This document shows, piece after piece, positions 33,967 to 45,269 of a stretch of 64,000 nt of DNA. How positions within the stretch are numbered: position 1 is the first letter of the stretch; each line of letters begins with the position of its first letter. The notes beneath the pieces are model-generated. The model searched no databases. It was not told the DNA's origin and saw only the letters and a list, made by a program, of their open reading frames with translations. The position numbers and the translations under genes are program-made. Origin of the DNA: an uncultured delta proteobacterium (GTDB taxonomy: Bacteria > Desulfobacterota > Syntrophobacteria > Syntrophobacterales > Syntrophobacteraceae); assembly GCA_963808625.1 (NCBI GenBank), contig CAWEHK010000025.1, positions 32,001 through 96,000 on the forward strand, in the 5' to 3' direction.

Positions 33967-34173
33967 GTTGATAGGCGGGTGGGAAAAAACTATGGGCTTA
34001 GGTGATCATCCTAAGCCCACTTTCATTTTCCACGCTGTTTCCTCACCGAATAACAGAATTGGCACCTCTTCGCACTCTCTGCCGCCCTCTCCTCCGCCAC
34101 CCATGACCAACTCTGACCACGCCTCCGGCTTCTTCGCAAGCAGGAGGAGTTGCGCGCGTCAAGCAACGTTCCT

Positions 34174-34731
34174 TTAATACAGCAGGTACCCGAGCGCGAC
34201 ACTGTGAAATTCGGGAGACTCCGTGGTTACGCTACGATACAGTCTGACCACGACCCAGTAAGCATTGCCCTCAAAATTCACGTCCGCCGGCAGAAGCTTC
34301 CACTCCTCTTTGACGTTTGCGTTGGTCGAGCTGGTCAGCGTTGCCACAAGATAGGTCGCGCCATTGCTTCGCTGCTTTCGGTAGAGCTTCGCCTCGACGA
34401 GGGAATTACCGCCGGTGTCTTTGTTGGTGAGATAGAGGGCGTTCCAGTCCGGATTGCCACTGTCCTCAGGATTTACAAAGTGACAGTAGAAGTAGAGGCT
34501 TCCTGTGGCGGTGCCCTGAAACGTGATTTTCCCGGTAGCGGTCGAGGCAGTGTACCGATTGGCGGCGGTATCATCGTCGGGCACACAAGTGACGGCAGCG
34601 CGCGACTGCTCGGATGTTGTTGCAAACGCTCCCCCCACAAGTGAGAAAATGACCATTAAGCCCAGCAACCCGGCCAGGAAGAGGCGACCAAAACTCGACG
34701 GGACCAGGTGGTTCGTTATTCTTGCCTTCAT
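34174..34731 (-). CDS. Secreted hypothetical protein
   Basis: RBS GAGGGAGG; signal peptide ending AFA; 185 aa. Confidence 0.7.
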   Translation of the reverse strand: MKARITNHLVPSSFGRLFLAGLLGLMVIFSLVGGAFATTSEQSRAAVTCVPDDDTAANRYTASTATGKITFQGTATGSLYFYCHFVNPEDSGNPDWNALYLTNKDTGGNSLVEAKLYRKQRSNGATYLVATLTSSTNANVKEEWKLLPADVNFEGNAYWVVVRLYRSVTTESPEFHSVALGYLLY

Positions 34732-35154
34732 TTCTATCCCTCCCTCTAATCAACGATTTCCCGCTTCGATCTCATCCATGAGCCTCAGGCAATCTTCCTT
34801 GCTTGGTACACTCATAGGGCATCACCCCCCTTCCCCCGGAGCGGCTTCCCCTCAATTCTTAGGATCTTTGGCGAGAACCCCTGCTGGACCTCAGTCGGTT
34901 GAGCGAGTAGGCATGGCTTGAGGTTGCTTTTAGAAACCTCCAAATGAAACGGCGACTGTAGAACGCTCTTTAGAGAAAACGGATTGAGAAGGAATTTGCC
35001 TTTCGTCTAAACATACAAAAATGCAGAGTGTCTGTCAAGAAATAGTGCACTCAAGACACAAGAAACCATACGGCTTGCAGATCCATGCTGCGGATGATAT
35101 ATCCTTTGCGCGAAAAATGGATTGCGAGAATTTCCCGTTAAATGAGAGACAGAC

Positions 35155-36591
35155 ATGAGACTTGAACCGGTTATCGGGCTGGAAATACATGCCCAGCTTT
35201 CCACCGAGAGCAAAATTTTCTGCGGCTGTTCCACGAAATTCGGGGCCGGCCCCAATACCCATACCTGTCCCGTGTGCCTGGGCATGCCCGGAGTGCTTCC
35301 CGTTCTCAATCGGGAAGTGGTCGAATTTGCCATGAAAATGGCCCTGGCCACGCACTGCACCATCGCCCCTTACAGTCAGTTCGCCAGGAAGAATTACTTC
35401 TACCCCGACCTTCCCAAAGGCTACCAGATTTCACAATATGAATTTCCGCTGGCTCGGAACGGCTGGGTCGAAGTAGCAACGGAAGAGAAGACACGACGCA
35501 TCCGGATCCACCGTATTCACATGGAGGAGGATGCCGGAAAGCTCATTCACGATGAATTTCAACCCGTAAGCTACGTTGACTTCAACCGGACCGGAGTGCC
35601 GCTCCTCGAGATTGTCAGTGAGCCGGACATCGAGACGCCCGAAGAGGCTGCCGCCTACTTGCGGACCCTGCGGGAGGTCCTGCGCTATCTGGAAATCTGT
35701 GATGGCAATATGGAAGAGGGGAGTATGCGCTGCGATGCGAATATTTCCCTGCGCCCGGCGGGGACCGATGGTCTCGGGGTGAAGACGGAACTCAAGAACA
35801 TGAACTCCTTCCGGAACGTTCAGAGAGCGCTCGAATTCGAGGTTCGCCGGCAAACGGCGCTGCTCGAAAGAGGTGAGCCGGTCATCCAGGAAACCCGGCT
35901 CTGGGACGCCGGCCGCAACGTCACGGTGAGCATGCGCGGCAAAGAAGAGGCCCACGATTACCGCTATTTTCCCGACCCGGACCTGGTGCCCATCGTCGTC
36001 CAGGACGACTGGATCGAAGCGGTCCGAGCAGCCCTCCCCGAACTCCCCGACGTGAAGCGGGAACGCTTCATCCGCGACCACGGCCTGCCGCCCTACGATG
36101 CTCAGGTGCTGACATCGTCCAAGGCCCTCGCCAACTACTTCGAAGAGGCCGTTGGCATTTTCCCCCAGCCGAAAATTGTCAGTAACTGGATCATGTCGGA
36201 ACTCATGCGGGAACTCAAACGCAACGATTGCGAACTGGAAGCCTGCCCGGTGGCGCCCGACAATCTGGCGGAACTGCTCCAACTGATCGATAAGGGGACG
36301 GTAAGCGGCAAAATCGCAAAAGCCGTCTTCGAGCAAATGGTCACAACGGGGAAGCGCGCCAGGGTCATTGTCGAGGAAAAGGGGCTGGTGCAAGTCAAGG
36401 ATGAAGGCGCCATTGAAGCGGTCGTGGACGAAATCCTCGCCGAGAACCCCACGGAAGTTGAGCAGTTCAGAGCCGGCAAAGAGAAATTGCTTGGCTTTTT
36501 TGTCGGGCAGATAATGAGAAAGACGAAAGGAAAAGCCAACCCGCAACTGGTGAATGAAATTCTGGGAAAGAAACTGAGAAGTGAGGAGTGA
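35155..36591 (+). CDS. gatB: Asp/Glu-tRNA amidotransferase subunit B
   Basis: [33 protein letters not shown] and YRYFPDPDL motifs. Confidence 0.98.
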   Translation: MRLEPVIGLEIHAQLSTESKIFCGCSTKFGAGPNTHTCPVCLGMPGVLPVLNREVVEFAMKMALATHCTIAPYSQFARKNYFYPDLPKGYQISQYEFPLARNGWVEVATEEKTRRIRIHRIHMEEDAGKLIHDEFQPVSYVDFNRTGVPLLEIVSEPDIETPEEAAAYLRTLREVLRYLEICDGNMEEGSMRCDANISLRPAGTDGLGVKTELKNMNSFRNVQRALEFEVRRQTALLERGEPVIQETRLWDAGRNVTVSMRGKEEAHDYRYFPDPDLVPIVVQDDWIEAVRAALPELPDVKRERFIRDHGLPPYDAQVLTSSKALANYFEEAVGIFPQPKIVSNWIMSELMRELKRNDCELEACPVAPDNLAELLQLIDKGTVSGKIAKAVFEQMVTTGKRARVIVEEKGLVQVKDEGAIEAVVDEILAENPTEVEQFRAGKEKLLGFFVGQIMRKTKGKANPQLVNEILGKKLRSEE

Positions 36592-36635
36592 TGAGTGATG
36601 AGGGATGAGTGCTGAGGTGCTGGGGTGCTGAAGCT
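36580..36635 (+). repeat. Heptamer array (AGTGATG/AGTGCTG)n overlapping the gatB stop
   Basis: AGTGAGG AGTGATG AGTGATG AGGGATG AGTGCTG... Confidence 0.8.
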
Positions 36636-36714
36636 GGTGGCGTGTCGAGTGTTGATGCCATTTTCGTGCGTCTTCGTGTTCCTTCGTGGATAAAGCGAAA
36701 AGGGAAACAGATCC

Positions 36715-37764
36715 ATGTCGGAAAAATGGTTGCCGCCCATCTACTGGGACGGTGATGCCGTGGCCATCCTCGATCAGAGAGTGCTTCCTCATCGAGAAGA
36801 GATCATCCGGTGCACCACTCCTAAGCAGGTCATCACTGCGATTACGACCATGGCCATTCGCGGAGCACCGGCCGTGGGGGTTGCCGGAGCCATGGCTTTG
36901 GCCCTGGGCGCGCGCAACTGGGATACTCTCGAGCTGAAGACCTTCCGTCGGAAGTTTTCCGCTCTCTGCGATAAGGTGAAGGTTGCTCGCCCGACAGGCA
37001 ACAATTTGAGCTGGGCGGTTGAGAGGATCTATGCGGTCCTGGTGGAAAATCCGGAAGCGACCGTCACGGAGCTGCAGGCCAAAATCCGCGAGACGGCGGA
37101 CCGCATCCTGAAAAACGATATCGCTGACAATCAAGCGATCGGCTTCCATGGTCGGCAGGTCATACCGCCGGGCGCGCACATCCTGACTTACTGCAACGCC
37201 GGCGCTCTCGCAACGGCCGATTATGGGACCGCCCTGGGGGTCATCCGCTCAGCGTATGCCGCAGATCCCTCGATCCACGTCTATTCGTGTGAGACCAGAC
37301 CGTTCCTGCAGGGCAGCCGCCTGACCGCATACGAATTGATCCGCGCCGGCATCCCCGTCACGCTGATCACGGACAATTCGGTCGGCAGTTTGATGCAGCA
37401 CAAGAAAGTGGACGTGGTCGTCGTCGGAGCCGACCGCATTGCCGCCAACGGCGACACGGCGAACAAGATCGGGACCTACATGGTGGCCGTGCTGGCGCAC
37501 CGCCATGACGTCCCTTTCTACATTGCCGCGCCGCGGTCCACCATTGATCCCACCATCGCCGATGGGCAGGCGATCCCGATCGAGCAGCGGGACCCCCGTG
37601 AAGTCACTCATTTCCACGGGCGACCGGTCGCACCCAATGGCGTTCAGGCTTTAAACCCCGCCTTCGACGTTACTCCCCATAGCCTCATCACGGGAATCAT
37701 CACCGAGAAGGGAATCCTCAAGAAGCCGTACGGCAGGGCCATTCGCAAGGCACTGGAAGGGTGA
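36715..37764 (+). CDS. mtnA: Methylthioribose-1-phosphate isomerase
   Basis: IRGAPA, CNAGALAT, ETRPFLQGSRLT, GDTANKIGT and NPAFDVTP motifs. Confidence 0.95.
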   Translation: MSEKWLPPIYWDGDAVAILDQRVLPHREEIIRCTTPKQVITAITTMAIRGAPAVGVAGAMALALGARNWDTLELKTFRRKFSALCDKVKVARPTGNNLSWAVERIYAVLVENPEATVTELQAKIRETADRILKNDIADNQAIGFHGRQVIPPGAHILTYCNAGALATADYGTALGVIRSAYAADPSIHVYSCETRPFLQGSRLTAYELIRAGIPVTLITDNSVGSLMQHKKVDVVVVGADRIAANGDTANKIGTYMVAVLAHRHDVPFYIAAPRSTIDPTIADGQAIPIEQRDPREVTHFHGRPVAPNGVQALNPAFDVTPHSLITGIITEKGILKKPYGRAIRKALEG

Positions 37765-37766
37765 CG

Positions 37767-37866
37767 GGATTTCGGATGTCGGATTGCGGATTGCGGATGT
37801 CGGATTGTCGGATTGGCGGATGTCGGATGTGAGATGAGGGATGCGAGATTGAGGATGGCGGATGGC
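37767..37866 (+). repeat. Heptamer array (GGATGTC/GGATTGC)n
   Basis: Starts just after the mtnA stop codon. Confidence 0.88.
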
Positions 37867-37971
37867 TGAATAGTGAATTCCATTCGTGTGTCTTCGTCTT
37901 CCTTCGTGTGACTTCGTGGACGCTTTTGGAGGATGGCCGGGGACCGAGTGCCGGGAGCACTGATCTGAAGA

Positions 37972-39355
37972 TCAGCTTCCGGCAGCCGTTCCAGGTTTCT
38001 TGAACAGGAGCTCCAGCACTTCTTGCAGCGACCGCACTCCGAGACAGTCTCCACCCAGTTCGGGCGACAGCCTGTCGGCGTTGTTCTTCGGCATGAGGTA
38101 TTGGGAAAAACCCATCTTGTTCGCCTCTGCAGCCCTGACCGCGGAATGTCCCACGCCGCGAACTTCCCCGGCAAGTCCCACTTCGCCCCAGATGACCAGC
38201 TCCGGTGGCACGGGGCGATCCAGGTAGGTACTCATGAGGGCTGTCGTCATGGCCAGATCGACGGCCGGTTCCAGCAGGCGGACCCCCCCGGCCACATTCA
38301 CGAAGACGTCGTGTTGCGCAAAACTGAAACCCAGCTTCTTCTCCAATACGGCCAACAGGATCGACAAGCGATTGCCGTCTACCCCCATGCTCGTGCGACG
38401 CGGCTGCAGCCAACCGGTGCCGCTCACCAGCGCCTGCAACTCGACCAGCAGAGGCCGCGTGCCCTCAACCGAACAGACCACCACCGAGCCGGACACGCCC
38501 TGGGGGCGTTCCGCCAGCAGCAGTTGCGAGGGATTCGGGACTTCTTCAAGCCCCGTCTCCTTCATCTCGAAAACACCCACCTCGTTGGTTGAGCCATAAC
38601 GATTTTTCACCGCGCGCAGGAGGCGAAACGTATGCGTCCGGTCTCCTTCGAGGTACAGCACCGTGTCCACGAGGTGTTCAAGAGCGCGCGGGCCGGCAAT
38701 CGAGCCTTCCTTGGTGACATGCCCGATGAGAAAGATCCCGATATTTCTCTCCTTGGCTTCCCGCATCAACCGCGAGGCGCATTCCCGGACCTGGGTGATG
38801 GACCCGGGAGCCACATCCAGGGCCCCGCTGTGGATGGTTTGGATGGAGTCGACCGCCAGAATCAGGGGAGGATTCGTCTCGATGGCTTCGAGAAGCAGCT
38901 TCGAGTGAGTTCTCGGAAAGCACAAAAAGGCTCGGGGCAATCGATTTTCAGCCGGGATGCCCGCAGCTTGAGCTGCTGGGGGCTCTCCTCTCCCGACACA
39001 TAGAGCACCCGTCATCCCCTGGGCCAGCTGCGCCATGGCCTGCAGGAGCAGGGTAGATTTGCCTATACCCGGGTCCCCCGCCAACAAGACGATGGACCCC
39101 GGCATGAGCCCTCCCCCGAGCACCCGGTCCCATTCCCCGATACCGCTCTGGAGGCGGTCTTCGGATTCAAAGTGAATATCCGCAAGGGCCAGAGGTTCGC
39201 TCCGCGCTGGGGAGTACGTTCCTCGAGGCGATTTTCGGATCGCAAGTTCTTCCACGAGGCCTTGCCAAGCTTTGGCAGTCCGGGCAGCGACCCAGCCATT
39301 TGGGGCTGACATAGCCACATTGCTGACACCGAAAGATGGTTTTCTTATTCGACAT
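37972..39355 (-). CDS. radA: DNA repair protein RadA/Sms (frameshifted)
   Basis: CQQCG...CPDC zinc finger, GDPGIGKST and KNRYG motifs, Lon-like C-terminus. Confidence 0.95.
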
Positions 39356-39382
39356 GAGCCTCCTCGTCCCGCCCCTTCCCCT

Positions 39383-39514
39383 AATCCGAAATCCGAAATC
39401 CCACATCCGAGATGCCACATCCCACATCCCACATCCGAAATCCGAAATCCGACATCCGACATCCGAAATCCGAATCCGCCATCCGCAATCCGCCATCCGC
39501 AATCCGAAATCCGA
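39383..39514 (+). repeat. Heptamer array (ATCCGAA/ATCCGAC/ATCCGCA)n
   Basis: About 18 units; complementary to 37767-37866. Confidence 0.9.
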
Positions 39515-39640
39515 AGACCTGATGTATGATTGACAAAATCAGGTCGATTGTTTATATGCTGAGTGCGGCTTTTGAAGCAAACGGCAAATTCTCTGAATAA
39601 TCAAAAATCACGCTCTATCGCGAAGAGAGGAGCTGTTCTG

Positions 39641-39973
39641 ATGGCGGGGAAGAACATCATTGAAGTTAGCGACAGCACTTTTGAGCAGGAAGTTCTGCAG
39701 TCGGAAGTACCCGTTCTGGTTGATTTTTGGGCGCCCTGGTGCGGACCCTGCAGAGCCATCGCTCCTGTCATTGATGAGCTGTCCGGAGATTACTCGGGTA
39801 AGCTGAAAATTGCCAAGTGCAACGTGGATGACAATCCCAAGACGCCTGCCCGGTACGGCATTCGCGCGATCCCGACCCTGATCCTTTTCAAGGACGGGAG
39901 TGTAAGCGAGCAAATCACCGGCGCCGTAGCCAAGTCCCAGATCACTGCTGCCGTTGATAAAGCCGTCGGTTAA
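39641..39973 (+). CDS. trxA: Thioredoxin
   Basis: DFWAPWCGPC motif; RBS GAGGAG. Confidence 0.97.
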   Translation: MAGKNIIEVSDSTFEQEVLQSEVPVLVDFWAPWCGPCRAIAPVIDELSGDYSGKLKIAKCNVDDNPKTPARYGIRAIPTLILFKDGSVSEQITGAVAKSQITAAVDKAVG

Positions 39974-40118
39974 GCGCCGCCACAACCTGAGACATGGACT
40001 ACGGGCCTGCTCAAGGGAGTTGTCCAAAAATCAACGACTTTCTTTCACCACGAAGACCAGAAAAAGAACCAGGGGCTACGACGTGATTTTCTCGTAACGA
40101 CAGGAATCACCATGCGTT

Positions 40119-40886
40119 TTGCTTGTAGACCACGGTCGAACTTTTTTCCGGCCTTTTGCGTTTCTGTTCCTGCCGCTCCTCATGCTGGGAATCAGCGGCT
40201 GTGATTCATACTTGGTAAAATTCTATTTCGGAGACACCTTCAGCAAGGGTTCTTCCTCGACCCTTGAGAAGAGCGCCGAGCAGCTCGTCATCGAAGGCAC
40301 CCAGAAGATGCAGAAAAAAGACTATGAGGATGCGATCAAAGCCTTCCAGCAGTTGAAGGAACGTTATCCGTACAGCAAATATGCGATTCTGGCCGAGCTC
40401 AAGCTTGGCGACGCCCACTTTTACAATAAGGATTATGCGGACGCGGCGATGGCCTACGAGGAATTTGCGCGACTCCATCCCCGCAACGAGGTGGTCCCCT
40501 ATGTGCTCTATCAGATTGGGATGTGCCATTTCCTGTCCTTTACCACCATCGACCGGGACCAGGAAGAAACACGGTTGGCAATGGAAGCTTTTCGCGCCTG
40601 ATTCAGGCATTTCCGCAGTCTGAATATTCCCTCAGGGCGAAAAAACAGCTCTTTGAATGTCAAAAACGCATCGTTGCTCATGAGTTTCGATGTCGGGCGA
40701 CTTATTACATCATGGGGGAGTTTTACGCGGCGAAAGAGCGGCTGGAGTTGGTCAACCGCAATTATCCTCAAGCGGTGAGAGACCTTGGCTATGAGGAGGA
40801 AATTGACAAGATGCTGGCGGCATGCGGGCAGCGCGTTGCCGAAGGGCAGCAAGAAGCCCAGCATCTGGAGTCGCATGGGATTCTAA
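40119..40886 (+). CDS. bamD: Outer membrane assembly lipoprotein BamD (frameshifted)
   Basis: Lipobox ISGC; YPYSKYA..AEL, YEEF..LHP and DRDQ motifs; trxA-bamD synteny. Confidence 0.88.
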
Positions 40887-41211
40887 GAGAACGTTTCGCA
40901 AGCACCGTGAAATCTCACCTGACAGGTCGTGGGCGCTTTCATCCCGAGCATAAATAATGACTTAAATGTGTTGACAAACAAAAAAACTTCTTTACAGTTA
41001 GTTGTGCCTCTTTGGTGCATGCGAACCCTCCTCCGGGAGTAACCTCGACAAGATACCAGGAAGAACCTCTGGCAGACAAAAATTATTGAGATTAGCATCC
41101 AATTCCCCGGAAATGCCGCTTCCTCAAAATCATCTTGCCAGTGTGAGACGCATCATGACCAGAGAACAGGTTCTGACGATTGACAATTTACCATTCATGG
41201 AGTGGACAGAT

Positions 41212-42541
41212 ATGCCTCAAGCTACGCAAAACACCCAGGACAGCTCAGAAACAAGCCAAAGACCTGGAAGGCGCGGAGCAACCCCGCAACGAAATGAACC
41301 TGGTGGAGTTGAAAAGCAAGAACATCAGGGAACTGATGACCATCGCCAAGGCCCTCAATATTGAAGGGGCCAGTGCGATGCGCAAACAGGAACTGATCTT
41401 CTCGCTGCTCCAGGCTCAGGCGGAGATGAGCGGCCTGATTTATGGGGAAGGGGTCCTGGAGATCCTGCCCGACGGGTTCGGCTTTCTCCGGAGCCAAAAC
41501 TACAACTATCTCCCCGGTCCGGATGACATTTACGTATCGCCCTCACAGATCCGGCGCTTCAGCCTGCGCACCGGGGACAGCATCTCCGGGCAGATTCGTC
41601 CCCCCAAAGACAATGAGCGTTACTTTGCGCTCCTGAAGGTGGAAGCGGTCAACTATGAAGATCCTGACGTGGCGCGGGATAAAATACTGTTCGACAACCT
41701 TACCCCCCTCTATCCGGATCGACGCGTCAAGCTGGAAAGCGTCGCCGACAATCTTTCCACCCGGGTAATGGACCTCTTGACTCCCATCGGTTTCGGCCAG
41801 CGCGGTCTGATCGTCGCCCAGCCACGCACCGGCAAGACCATGCTGCTGCAAAATATTGCCAACGCCATCTCGGTCAACCACAAAGAAGCTTACCTCATCG
41901 TCCTCCTGATCGATGAACGACCCGAGGAAGTCACCGACATGCAGCGCAATGTGCGCGCCGAAGTGGTCAGCTCCACCTTTGACGAACCCCCGCAGCGTCA
42001 CGTGCAGGTGGCGGAAATGGTGAGCGAAAAAGCCAAACGGCTGGTGGAGCACAAGCGCGATGTGATCATCCTCCTCGACAGCATCACGCGCCTCGCCCGC
42101 GCTTACAACTCGGTGGTGCCTCCCAGCGGGAAGATCCTCTCCGGAGGTTTGGACTCCAACGCCCTGCATCGCCCGAAACGGTTCTTCGGCGCGGCGCGCA
42201 ACGTGGAACAGGGCGGCAGTCTGACCATTATCGCCACGGCCTTGATCGACACGGGCAGCCGCATGGACGAGGTGATCTTCGAGGAATTCAAGGGCACCGG
42301 CAATATGGAAATCGTGCTCGACCGCAAGCTTGCCGACCGCCGCATCTTCCCGGCTATTGATATCAACAAGTCCGGCACGCGTAAAGAGGAGCTGTTGATT
42401 CCGACCGATGATCTCAACCGTATTTGGATTCTTAGAAAACTGCTTTCGCCTTTGAACCCGATCGATGCCATGGAATTTCTGCTCGACAAGATGCAGGGAA
42501 CGAAAGGCAATGCCGACTTTCTCGCCTCCATGAACCGTTAG
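41212..42541 (+). CDS. rho: Transcription termination factor Rho (conserved core starts at ATG 41294)
   Basis: [28 protein letters not shown] and [10 protein letters not shown] motifs. Confidence 0.98.
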
Positions 42542-42690
42542 GAGCCGTGCACCAATAAACCATCATCTTTCACCACGGAACACACGGAAGACACGGAAAA
42601 ACCGGGAGCGTTTTGTCCGTGTCTTCCGTGTTTTCCGTGGTTTGAAAAAGGAGGCTCAAAACGAGACCAGGTCATTTTTGGATGGCCCTC
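42542..42690. mobile_element. MITE of the same family immediately after the rho stop codon
   Basis: CACGGAA-type 9-mer hairpin; ends TTTTTGGATGGCCCTCT; inverted relative of 44184-44330. Confidence 0.65.
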
Positions 42691-42726
42691 TCCACAAAAA
42701 ATTACACTCTTCGTGTGACAAAAACA

Positions 42727-42754
42727 TTGAGTAAGGCGCCAAGAAGTGTATAAT
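42727..42754 (+). promoter_or_regulatory. Putative sigma70 promoter for rpmE
   Basis: TTGAGT-N16-TATAAT. Confidence 0.5.
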
Positions 42755-42800
42755 TAGCAGCTTTTAAATGGCTCAGGAAGAACGAGGAGGAACAGGACCA

Positions 42801-43016
42801 ATGAAAGAAAATATCCATCCCGCCTATCAGCAGACCGTTATTCGGTGTGCCTGTGGCAACGAGATTCCCACCGGATCGACGAAGAAAGAGATCCGGGTTG
42901 AAATCTGTTCCAAGTGCCACCCCTTTTACACGGGCAAACAGAAATTGGTGGATTCCGCTGGTCGCATTGAAAGATTTCGCAGGAAATACGAAAAATACCA
43001 GACCAAAGAGGCCTAG
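42801..43016 (+). CDS. rpmE: 50S ribosomal protein L31 (zinc-binding type)
   Basis: MKENIHP, CACG and [10 protein letters not shown] motifs. Confidence 0.97.
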   Translation: MKENIHPAYQQTVIRCACGNEIPTGSTKKEIRVEICSKCHPFYTGKQKLVDSAGRIERFRRKYEKYQTKEA

Positions 43017-43102
43017 CGTCCGGATTCCGGACCATCCCCCTTTTCGAGAATTCACAATTTTATCTGCAGCCCTGTATATATTGAGGGCGGGTCAGTACGA
43101 TT

Positions 43103-44183
43103 ATGTTCAATCGCCTGAAGAGTGTCGAAGAACGATATCTCCAGCTTGAGGAAGCGCTCAGCAACGCTGAAATCCTGTCCGATCAAAAGGAGTATCAGAA
43201 GACTACCAGGGAGCATGCTGAAATCGCTCCGGTGGTCGAGGCGTACCGGCAGTACCTGAGGCTCAGCAAGCAAATCCAGGAAAGCCAGGAACTCTCTGAG
43301 GCCGAGGATGATCCCGAAATGCGGGAGCTGTTCAGGCACGAGGTGACCCAGCTGCGGAAGGAACTCGGATGCGACCGAGACGGACGCTCAAGCTCATGCT
43401 GGCACCCAAGGACCCCAAGGACGACAAGAACGTCATCCTTGAAATCCGCGCCGGCACGGGTGGCGAGGAAGCCGCCCTCTTTGTCGCCGACCTCTTCCGG
43501 ATGTATTCCCGCTATGCCGAACTGCGCCGCTGGAAAGTCGAAATCCTGGATGCCCATCCGACCGGCATCGGCGGGCTCAAGGAAATCATCGCCGAAATCA
43601 ACGGCAAGGGGGCCTTCAGCCGGCTTGAAATACGAACGAGGGGTGCACCGGGTGCAGCGCGTGCCGGTGACGGAGAGCCAGGGAAGAATCCATACCTCGG
43701 CGGTGACCGTAGCGGTCCTTCCGGAAGCCGAAGAAGTCGGACGTTTACATCGATCCCAACGAGCTGCGCGTGGACGTGTTTCGTTCCTCCGGACCGGGCG
43801 GGCAAAGCGTAAACACCACTGATTCCGCCGTGCGCATCACCCACGTCCCCACCGGGTTGGTGGTGATCTGCCAGGACGAAAAATCACAGCACAAGAACAA
43901 GGCCAAAGCCCTGAAGGTGCTCCGCGCGCGTTTGCTTGATCAGATGCAAAGCGAGCAGGAGGCAAAGATCGCTCAGGATCGAAAGAGTCAGGTCGGCACC
44001 GGAGACCGGAGCGAGCGCATCCGAACGTACAATTTTCCCCAGAACCGGGTTTCGGACCACCGTATCAACCTCACCCTTTATAAACTGGATACCATTCTTG
44101 ACGGCGGCACCCTCGATGATATCATCGACCCCCTAAACACGCATTTTCAGGCAGAAGCCCTGAAGGGGCTGGGGTTGGGGTAA
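43103..44183 (+). CDS. prfA: Peptide chain release factor 1 (frameshifted)
   Basis: [19 protein letters not shown] (PxT) and GPGGQSVN motifs. Confidence 0.96.
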
Positions 44184-44330
44184 GGATTTGTCCAAGAATA
44201 ACTTGCTCTCTTTCAGAACCTCTTTCAAACACACGAAATACACGGAATACACGGAAAAATTATTCCTGGTTTTCCGTGTGTTTCGTGTGTTTCGTGGTGA
44301 AAGAAGATGATTTATTTTGGACGGCTTCAT
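44184..44330. mobile_element. MITE of the same family immediately after the prfA stop codon
   Basis: GTCCAAGAA...TATTTTGGAC ends enclosing a CACGGAATA/TTCGTGTGT hairpin. Confidence 0.7.
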
Positions 44331-44399
44331 GTTGCTCGCTGCTGCGCTGCCGACCTTCAAACAGCTCCTGGTAAGCAGCGCGTATCACGGAATTGAGGG

Positions 44400-45269
44400 A
44401 TGGAAGAGAGATGGACCGTGCTCAAGGTGCTCCAGTGGACGACGGAGTACTTCACCCTTAAGGGCATCGACCAGGCCCGCGCCAGCGCGGAAGTGCTGCT
44501 CGCTCATGTGCTGGGAGTGGAGCGCATCCAGCTCTACCTCAATTTCGATCGCCCCCTCGCCGCCGACGAACTGGCATCCTATCGGGCCTTGATTCGCCGC
44601 CGAGCGGCACGCGAACCGACGCAATACATCATCGGAAAACAGGAATTCTGGTCTCTCGAATTTGAAGTCACCCCGGCTGTTTTGATTCCACGCCCGGAAA
44701 CGGAACTGCTCGTCGAAAAGGCGCTCGCCCTCACCAGGGACACCTCGAAACGAGTGCTTGATCTGGGCACGGGCTCCGGGGCCATCGCCATTGCCCTCGC
44801 CCACGAATGCCCGAACCTTCGCGTCGTGGCCACAGACAGCTCTTGCGCCGCCCTTCTCGTGGCCAGGCGCAACGCCGCGCGCCATCATGTCGAAGAACCG
44901 CATCGCCCTGGTCGCCACCGATCTCTTTCACGGGTTTTCCGCTTCCACGCCCCGCTTTCGATGTCATTATCAGCAACCCTCCCTACATTGGTGAAAAAGA
45001 AATTCCTCAACTCGCTCCGGAAATAATAAAATACGAACCAAACACCGCCCTTCTGGCAGGCCCCCAGGGGCTGGCCGTCATTCGGCGAATTATTGGCGAG
45101 GCGCCGGCTTACCTGGCGAGGAGGCGGATCGTTGTTCCTGGAGATTGGGGCCGGGCAGGCAGAAATTCTGCGTACCGAACTGAGCGCGGGACCTTTTGCC
45201 GATCATTACGAATTCATTCGAGACTATTCGGGCATCCTGCGCATTTTGTGGTTGAGGGTTGAGGGTTGA
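44400..45269 (+). CDS. prmC: Release factor glutamine methyltransferase (frameshifted)
   Basis: LIPRPETE, DLGTGSG and SNPPY motifs; reconstructed end RDYSGILRILWLRVEG-stop. Confidence 0.93.

Noticed and set aside
34750..34815. 21-aa minus-strand ORF MSVPSKEDCLRLMDEIEAGNR with an RBS-like sequence
   Set aside because: Too short to support. It may be a leftover N-terminus of a deleted gene.
18207..34900. Intact prophage or ICE at tRNA-Leu
   Set aside because: No integrase, structural or conjugation genes, and no attR copy found by eye.
35431..37179. Long antisense ORFs (for example 582 aa opposite gatB/mtnA, 450 aa opposite yyaL, 361 aa opposite galE)
   Set aside because: Shadow ORFs of GC-rich coding sequence with no recognisable motifs.
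39167..39533. ORFs made of heptamer translations (SEIRNPK, HQPSTIN, THHSSLI types; also near 14852, 45336, 51003)
   Set aside because: Low-complexity read-through of DNA repeats with no RBS or protein-like content.
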